DNA of 64,000 nt. It comes from Eledone cirrhosa. Taxonomy: Eukaryota. The stretch is from assembly GCA_964016885.1 (NCBI GenBank), contig OZ024750.1, positions 50,964,001 to 51,028,000 of the forward strand, in the 5' to 3' direction. The translations under genes and the position numbers were made by a program. Below the pieces are notes generated by a model. That model did not search any database. It had not been told where the DNA came from and saw nothing but the letters and a program-made list of their open reading frames with translations. Shown here one piece after another: positions 54,340 through 64,000 of this stretch; within the stretch, counting starts at the first letter, position 1; each line of letters starts with the position of its first letter.

Positions 54340-57030
54340 ATGTTTCTTTTATTTGCCACTAGGGCATCAAAAGTGGGACAAGTACAAAGGGGGGGAGTTT
54401 ACACAAAAAGGCGTCCTCAATAAGGAGGAGGCAATAACAAAATATAAAAATAAAATAAGATATAACAAAAAATAAAATTTATAACAAAATCCTCAATAGA
54501 GAGGAGGCGCCTTGGGGGGTCGCACACACCCCCGAAAAAAGTGTGCAACCCTTTTCCTCAGGAGCACAGAGAGGGGGTGCTCCCTCGTTCCTTCCTCTTT
54601 TCCACCTACAGGCTTATGTAAAGAGAAGGCCCATTCACACGGGCCATTCTCGCCACTTTCACACACCTTTCATAAAAACGACTGGGGTGCAGCACCTCTC
54701 TCTCCATCCTGATCCTTCTTCCGAAATGATATCGGAAGAAACGGACCAGTTGTTGGCCAGAGAGAAAGGTGCCTGACCTCAGTCCTTTCAGACGCGTCCA
54801 CCATACAACCTCTTTCGCCATGGCTATTACGCACAGAAACACCGCCTCTGCTTCATCTTTGAAGGGGGGAGGCGGCTTGATCATTACAATAGACTCGGTG
54901 GTCAACCGGATCGGTCCCACCCTTGACAGCAGTTGTTCGACATAGCCCCACAGATCGGCTACGCCCGAGCAGTGTACCAATGCGTGTGCAACGGTTTCCT
55001 CGTCGCACACGCATCTGGGACAGATCTTTTTGGCGGGGTCCCTACCCGGGCGCCCGTGTCTGTAGAGCCTTTTTCGAGCGGGTAAAGCCCCTCGGTAGCA
55101 CTGCCAGGCCAGGGACTTCTGGAAGTTGTCCATAGGTCCCGGGCTGAATGTCCTACCGAACAGGCTGGCCAGTTCGTCCTCCTCCATGTCTAGGGTTTCT
55201 CCGAGGGCGTCGTCGGACCTGCTGCGTACCAGCCCTCTATAGAATGTTGCGGTGGAGTCTCCACTGATAACCGGATCCGCCTGCCAGAGGGCGGTGAGCG
55301 CCTGGGCACACTCAGTGTGCCAGGCGCCCAGTTTTCTCGGTCTTTGCTTGACCCAGGATTGCAGCTCGGTGAGTGAGACGAGTCTGGGAAAGGTTCGTCT
55401 CACAAACGAGGCCCACACCGGTTGTCCGGTGAGGAATACGTAGAGGTGCCGTAGCCTTAATGCGTGTTTACGCATCATTAGCCACGGCATCCCCAGCCCT
55501 CCTTTCGAAGGGTGTTGACAGCAGATGGATCTCCTCACCATAGGAGCCCGCCTCTTTCTTCCAAAGGAATTGGAAGAGCGCGCGCTCCATCTTGGTGAGG
55601 GTTTCCCTTGGGCAGGGCACTACGGTCAGGCGGTAGTAGATGACGGACGCTATATAAGTGTTCGCCACCTCCGCCCGACCTTTCAGGGATAGTTTGCAAC
55701 TGGCCCACTTCTGGGTCAGTGCAAACACCCTGTTCGTAACCTCCGCCCAGTTTTTCTCCACCTGGAGGTCCGGTTCGAACCAGACCCCGAGCAACTTCAC
55801 CGGGCCCTCCGTCCAGCGTCGGACGACGCCATCGGAGGGCATCGGTCTGCCCCTCCACGTGCCGAGTTGCAAACCGATCGACTTGTCCCGGTTCAGCTTA
55901 GCCCCTGTGAATTTTTCGTACTCCTCCAGTAAGGTGCCGACCGCCTCGATTTCGGAGGCCGTCGACACCATTACTGTCACGTCATCGGCGTAGGCTGACA
56001 CCGCTTTCCGTAATCCCGGTTCCAAAGGGATGCCCTGCAACAACTCCAACTTCCGCAGTAGTGGCTCGAGAGTCAACACATACAGAAGGGAGGAGAGAGG
56101 GCACCTTTTTCGGATGGACCGCGCGATTTTGAACGGCTCCGAGAGGTAGCCGTTCACCTTGACCCTAGAGCAGATGCGGCTGCTGTGCATAGCGGTGATC
56201 CAGCCCCTGAAAACGGGTCCGAAGCCTGCCGCCGCTAGCACCGCATCCAGGTAACCATGGTCGACCCTATCGAACGCCTTAGATTGATCCAAGTTGATCA
56301 GAGCCCCACCAAAGCCGGGTTCGTTCCCAACCCTCTCTATGATGTATCGCATGAGGTGGAGGTTGTCATGGATGGACCTGGACGGGATAGCGCATGTCTG
56401 CGCATCTCCCACCAGGTTGCCCACGACAAGCGCCAACCTCTTTGCTAGCACCTTGGCCAAAATCTGTAACTCTGTATTTAGCAGGGTTATGGGCCTGAAG
56501 TTACTTATTTCGTCCCCCTTGTTCTCGTCCTTCCTCACTAGCGTGACTACGCCCTTGGTCACAGTACAGGGAATTCTCCCGTTCTGTTGCCAGTTGCAGT
56601 AGACCGCCTCGAGGAGATCGGCGAACAAGTCCGGCATAGCTAGATATAATTCGTAAGGAAGACCATCGAGACCCGGGGATTTGCGTTTGCCGCATTGGCT
56701 CAGCACGTCCTCTATCTCAGCGGCCGAAATCGGCTCCTCGCAGGACTTCGCCTCCCTGTCCGAGAGGCGCGGCAGGCCATCGAGGTATGGACCGAAGTCC
56801 ACGTTCCCAACCGGCTCCCCGCCCCTCCCGAACAGTCGGGCAAAGTGCCTTTGAAAGGCCTCACACATCTGCTTAGGCTCAAGAATCGCCCGTCCATCCA
56901 GGTCTCGCAAAGACCGGATGGTGGATTTAGTTCCACTGTTGGCCTCTGTCACGCGGGCCCAGCTAACAGTTTTGGTCCCCTCGTTCCCTAGAGCACGTAT
57001 TTTACTTCGGACAACGCAGCCTTCGTGCTT
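54340..57030 (-). mobile_element. Tx1 element C, 5'-truncated (RT + C-terminal zinc finger), one frameshift near 55545
   Basis: KSPGLDGLP, NFRPITLLN, NLDQSKAFDRVDH, AYADD and CPRC...H...C; flanked by (GATA)n on both sides. Confidence 0.93.
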
Positions 57031-57105
<75 letters not shown>

Positions 57106-57120
57106 GTAGCTAGATAGATA
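57031..57120. repeat. (GATA)n microsatellite between Tx1 C and D
   Basis: Direct reading. Confidence 0.95.
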
Positions 57121-58090
57121 TATTTCTTTATTTGCCACAAAGTCGCACAAGGAAAGGGGACAAACACATATTATTAAAACAAACAATTATAACAATCGAA
57201 ATCCCCTATAGGGTGGAGGCGTTAAAATGGGTTGTTTAATACCCCATCGATAGAACAACCCTCAAGGAGCGTGTTGTACAAGTGCTCCTTTCTTCCTTTT
57301 GCTTTCTTCTTCAGCCTACAGGTTTATATACAGAGAAGGCCCCAAAACTCCGGCCATTTATGCTACATTCGCCCACCTTTCAGTAAATTTACTGGGGTGC
57401 AGAGCTTTTCTCTCTACTCTGATTCTCCTTCTAAAGTGATACCTAAAGAGGGGAATGAGTTGTTGTCCGGAGAGAAAGGCTCTGTCCTCAGTGCTCTCAA
57501 TCTCGTCCACCATATAACCTCTTTTACCATAGCCACTATACAGAGGAAAACCACCTCTCTTTCGTTTTTGAAAGAAGTTGGCGGTTTGATCCATACTATG
57601 GACTCGGCAGTTAACTGGATTTGTCCCATACGTGACAACAGCGCGTAGTTCCACAGGTCGGTTACGCCCGGGCAGTGTACAATTGCGTGCTGGACGGTTT
57701 CAATGTCCTCCTCGCATGTTGGACACGTCCTCTTGGAAGGATCCCTGCCTGTAAATCTTGTCTCGAACTGGTAGAGCTCCTCGGTAGCACTGCCAGGCCA
57801 GGGAACTCCATAGGTCTCGTGAGCTCGTCGTTTTGACGCCCAGAGTCTCTCCGAGCCCGGCGTTGCACTTCTAACGTACTAACCCTCTATAGAATGTCGA
57901 AGTGGCGTCTCCACTGGTTGCTGTGCCCGTTTGACAGAGGACTGTGAGCGTCTGTGTGCATTCACTGTGCTAGACGCCCATTTTCTTAGCTCTCCGCTTG
58001 ACGCTGGACTGCAGCTCCGCCAGCGAGACAAGTTGCGGGAAGACCTGTCTCACAAACGGGGCCCACACCGGTCGGTCGGTGAGGAATAGT
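57121..58090 (-). mobile_element. Tx1 element D, older and more diverged, internally deleted 3' fragment
   Basis: IQLTAESIVWIKPPTSFKNEREVVFLC and FLSGQQLIPLFRYHF; its 3' end runs into (TATC)n. Confidence 0.85.
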
Positions 58091-58144
58091 TGGAGTGAAA
58101 TTTAAGTAAGTAAGCTAATTACTATAATTTTCTTATTTTACGTT

Positions 58145-58183
<39 letters not shown>

Positions 58184-58568
58184 AATATAAATTTAGCAAG
58201 AATCGCATTTCGTCGAGTAGAAATTACCGAAACGCAACTTCCGATTTGTGTTGGCAAGCGCTCGATGGACCAGAAGAGACCAGAGCAATAAAGATAAGTT
58301 ATAAAGGTCATACAAACTAAGACGGCGTTTAAGAAGCTATCAACCACCTAAGCCCCAAAAAGGAGCAAGCTAAGCGAGTCAAACAAAATATGATATGATG
58401 GAAATGATGGTAAAATCCGATACAGGGTTTCTGCGACACCTAAATTAATAATACTGTCTGCTTAAAAAAAATAAGCTATAATGATCGAACAAGGATATCA
58501 CGTTCTCAACAGGCATTTTGTTCTGCGCCAGGATTAGAATCTCACAGTGTTTTGAAAGCACATTTGAA

Positions 58569-58626
<58 letters not shown>

Positions 58627-58634
<8 letters not shown>

Positions 58635-58964
58635 AGATCAAAAGATGGTTAAAGGAGTTCAATATATTTTATTATGCGCATTTCAAAAACAAACATCATC
58701 AAATAATAATATTTGTGTTTTCATCAGATAAAACAGGAGAACATGATATGAAGGCTAAAAAAACACTTGTTGATAGTGCAGTTTTAAATCAACATATGTT
58801 GATTTAAAACTGCACTATCAACAAGTGTTTTTTTAGCCTTCATATCATGTTCTCCTGTTTTATCTGATGAAAACACAAATATTATTATTTGATGATGTTT
58901 GTTTTTGAAATGCGCATAATAAAATATATTGAACTCCTTTAACCATCTTTTGATCTTATATTAT
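58627..58964. repeat. Loopless palindrome with 169-bp arms, each carrying a hammerhead motif
   Basis: Centre AACAT|ATGTT at 58795/58796; the arms appear identical. Confidence 0.95.
58857..58925 (+). ncRNA. Hammerhead motif with long stem II; mirror copies on - at ~58666-58734 and ~59836-59904
   Basis: TTTTAT-CTGATGA-AAAC-ACAAATATTATT-ATTT-GATGATGTTTGT-TTTT-GAAA-TGCGCA-TA-ATAAAA. Confidence 0.7.
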
Positions 58965-59659
58965 GCATACTCCAGTCCCACAAACTGTAGAGTGCTTCTT
59001 ATCCGATATCTGCATTGCTTTATTGTACTACAATAAAACTCACCTCCTACATATATATATATATATATATATATAATGTTATAGTTTGCTTGCAGCATTG
59101 TATATAATATATAACGTTAAAATAGTTAGAAGGCTAAACAATACAAAATGGACTGTAAGATGAGGTAACGAAAAGTAAAAGTTACCTGGTAATATTTGTT
59201 TTATTTTGTTGTTGTTCTTCTTCTTTTATCTGTCCAATATTTCAGGACCCAAAAGTCGTGGGATAATCACTCCGACAATACTCGCATTGGAACCCGCTCG
59301 CCGGCTAAGAACAAAACACCTGTTGACGAACTGGCAACCTTATTCGATCGTTATACCAAAAGCTTACAATGAAAGTGGGCAGTATAATTGATATAGGTGT
59401 CACAGAAACCTTCCACTTGTTTATACCTTCAATTTCCAGGAGGTCCTGGTAAATTCTTCTGTTTAAGCTGTTTAGCTTGCTTCGGTTTTTTTGGCTCCGG
59501 TGGCTGATAGCTTCATGACCGCTGTTTTCAGGTTGTTTGGCTTTATAGCGTATGTTAATTGATCTGGTCTTCTTTTAGTCCAGTGAGCGCTTGCCGCATA
59601 TCTCGAAATTTGCGTTTCGCTTTGTGTTTGACCACAGACGAAATACGATCTCGCTGAAA

Positions 59660-59706
<47 letters not shown>

Positions 59707-59982
59707 CGTGTAGGAGGTGAGTTTTATTGTAGTACAATAAAGCAATGCAGATATCGGATAAGAAGCACTCTACAGTTTGTAGGACTGGAGTATACATAAT
59801 ATATAAGATCAAAAGATGGTTAAAAGAGTTCCATGTATTTTATTATGCGCATTTCAAAAACAAATATCATCATGCAATAACATTTGTGTTTTCATCAGAT
59901 AAAACAGGAAGACATGATATGAAGGTTAAAAAACACTTGTGAATAGTGCAGTTTTAAATCAACACATATATATATATATATA

Positions 59983-60105
59983 TGGGAGCTCTAGTGAGTA
60001 ATGGTCTAACTGTTTTTTCCGCATCAATTTTGATATATATATATATATATATATCAAAATGGAAGCGGCAAAAACCAGTTAGACCATTACTCACTAGAGC
60101 TCCCA
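59983..60105. repeat. Palindrome centred on a (TA)n tract
   Basis: TGGGAGCTCTAGTGAGTAATGGTCTAACTG ... (TA)n ... CAGTTAGACCATTACTCACTAGAGCTCCCA. Confidence 0.92.
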
Positions 60106-60235
60106 CCGTTACAATAACTAGATCCGAAAGGTTTGGAACAAACTGTTGAAACGGCTGGAGCTAAGCCATCGGGGTCCAGAATTTTTCATATTACCCACTC
60201 TACTACACCAAGTATCGAGTACTCTCTACATGTTA

Positions 60236-60332
60236 AAACATATCTGAGGAGCTTCCGATTCTAAGGTCAGGTTCGACCATTAATAGATCGTTCCTCGAGC
60301 TGATCGACAATGAAACATATGTAATATTTAAT
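60236..60332 (+). ncRNA. Possible hammerhead with long, degenerate stem II
   Basis: ATAT-CTGAGGA-...GGTCAGGTTCGA...TCGAGCTGATC...-GAAA-CATATG-TA-ATAT. Confidence 0.45.
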
Positions 60333-60413
60333 TAAATATGTATATGATGTAACACTGATTCTTTGTTCCCTTATATAGTAATACTGATACTCTGGGCATA
60401 ATTAAGTTGCACC

Positions 60414-61455
<1,042 letters not shown>

Positions 61456-63054
61456 GATATATATATATAGACGCATAATATACATACATACATAAATATG
61501 TTTATATAAGTACGAATATATATATATATGTGTGTGTGTATATCTATGATCGCTTGTATAAACGTGTATATTTATCTTTCGGTGATGTATATTGGCGCGA
61601 AAGCCGATTTACTGGTACTTTAGAACAAAGTCCTTTTTGATAACTGTTACCTGAATTGCCCAGGTAATCCAGTGTCATAAAGATAGTGATTCAGTGATTA
61701 GTCTGTTGGAAACATATAACTATCGACGCTAGTATTCACAATATGTAAAATAAAATGAATAAATAGATTTCATAAAATAAAATAGCCTCGTGTTGTTTCT
61801 TCAGGCAATAACGTGATAGTGATGTCTGTATTAAACTTATTTGATGGAAGTAATTTATGATAAAGGTTTTCAATTTCTAGGTTATCAATATCGGAGAGTT
61901 ATATCTGAAGTAGCAACAACAAACCAATAACAACAACAGCAAGCAAAAGACAATTGAATTTTAAATAAAAGTTGTTAGCTATTATAATAAAAACAAAAAA
62001 AAAGGAGACGAGATATGAAAATTGTTTCCCTCAATTTCCTGATAAACAAACAAAAATAGTAATTTCTATTGTTTTTAGGCGTTTTTAAATGGAATTGAGT
62101 TAAGATCGTAGCTAAAGGAATAATTTGCTTTGCTTACACTTCTTTTCTCTTGATATATAAAACAAAAAATATTGCGAATATTGTGATAGGATATTTAAAT
62201 ATCTTATCTAAAAGTCGGAAATATGCTTGGCACAGATCCTAGAAAATCATTAAAAAACAACACAGATAAGGTAGACACATATATATATATATTTATTTAT
62301 ATTTATATACATATATTGTATATATATCTTGTATACATATATTGTATATGCATACGTGTGTGTGTATATATATGTATATATGTATCTATATACATATATA
62401 CATATATATATTTATATATTCATATATTGTATATACATGCATATATATATATACACATTCATATATAAATATATATATAAATATAATATATATATTTCAT
62501 ATATATATATATATATAGATATATATATATATTCATATGTGTGTGTCTGTATACGTATTCAGATACAGATTACAGATTAGCATATGGAAATATGATATAT
62601 TATCTCTTTGTGTTAGAAAATAATGTTTGTTTTGATTATCTGAAGAAAGCCCGTGGCAATGAATGATTAAAAAAAAATGAAAATTATCTTGATTGTGTGT
62701 AATTAACATAGATTACTATCTTTGAAGAACACAACGTTGAATTTGCATAATTTAGTTTTATCTTGTTTTATATTTAATTTCCTTTTTAAAGAATGGATTA
62801 GCCAATTAAGATATATAAGGTGTGAAAAAAGACGGCGAACTATCAGAATCGGTAAAACGTCCAATATAATATTTGGCACTATTCGGTCTAATGTTGTGCT
62901 CTCTGAGTTCAAATACGGCTAAGATCAACTTTGATTGTCGTCCTTTTGATATCGTTCTTAGAATACCACTGTGCTTTTCGTCCTTTCGATATTGATAAAT
63001 GAAGTACCAGTCCAGGACTAGAGGTGACTTTTCCTGTAAATCTTTTTCTCACTT

Positions 63055-63124
<70 letters not shown>

Positions 63125-63899
63125 TACTATCTCTCTCTCACTCTCTCTCTATTTCTCTCTGTCTAGTTATCTCTCTTTCTCTCTCGCTCTCTTTCTCGCC
63201 CTGTATCTCCCTCTTTATCATACTTTCTCTCTTTATCTCCCCCTTTATCTCTCTTTGTCTTTCCCCATCTCTCTCCATCTTTCACTTTCTCTTGAAGAAA
63301 CTATAGAGGGATGAGCTGCGTCAGATATAAATCCCCAAATCACGTTGTTTGGGAGGAAGGAGTTTCCTACGACCTCATCGGATGTGCCCTTGAATGAATA
63401 GTAAAACCGACCTCAAATGAAATGCATGCTGTAATCCATTTTACTGTTTGCTTTACTTCTCGTAGCAAATATCTAGCTGGCCAGATATTGTTCAATGTGG
63501 GGGTTTAGAAAGTGACTTCATTTTGTTTTGATATGCTTAAGGCAACACCAGAGGCAAACTGTGATAGCCTATGTCTTTCCCTTGGACACTCGTGGTGGCG
63601 TGAAGAGACGAAACATGTATGCATGGGAGACTGCTAGTCTTCCACAAAAAAACGTTTCCAAGTCTTTCGCTTTGGAACGTACCAGGTGGAAATCCATAGT
63701 TAGCCATGAGCAAAAGCGGCTTTTAGGTTTGCAAAATAATTTCTAAAAGTTTGATTATATTTACAAGCAGCTGAACTTTATAAGAGAGGGGGAAAGACGC
63801 TATGTAAAACAAGAACAAACACATCTTCACAAGATTAGAATTATAAAAATATAGATAAAGTGGACACTTTAATCGAGCGTCCTGCGAGTATCATATGTC

Positions 63900-64000
63900 T
63901 CTTACCTTCTTCTTCGCCTGAGAGGGTCGTGGGGGCTGAGTCATCAAACACTCCTTCTAGCAGGTCCTGTCAGAAGCAACCGTCTCTAGCTGATCCAACT
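63900..64000 (-). mobile_element. 3' end of an RTE-clade LINE, continuing beyond the window
   Basis: Reverse complement encodes LDQLETVASDRTC*KE (A.DR..W-type C-terminus) followed by a GAAGAAGAAG tail. Confidence 0.6.

Noticed and set aside
55468-57186. 572-aa ORF as a novel fusion protein with an LSIY-repeat N-terminus
   Set aside because: Chance read-through from the Tx1 D 3' UTR across (TATC)n into the truncated Tx1 C RT.

Overview
This is an AT-rich, microsatellite-saturated animal genomic region with no recognisable host gene. The SINE families and repeat landscape suggest a cephalopod such as Octopus (inference). The window is almost entirely a nest of mobile elements: two R4/Dong-type RLE non-LTR retrotransposons, an internally deleted CRE-type element, RTE remnants, three Penelope-like elements (PLEs, one nearly intact with pseudo-LTRs), a stack of four Tx1/L1 elements, several Helitron pieces and at least 15 tRNA-derived SINEs. 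Three things stand out. (1) About a dozen minimal type I hammerhead-ribozyme motifs from several unrelated families sit in short non-coding inserts between (TA)n tracts. (2) At least ten fold-back palindromic inserts occur, mostly next to (TA)n. (3) Retroelement families appear partitioned by microsatellite target: Tx1 in (GATA)n, Dong in (TAA)n, an R4-like element at (CATA)n and PLEs in (TA)n. All calls come from reading the sequence by eye; no alignments, folding or database searches were run, and some coordinates are approximate.
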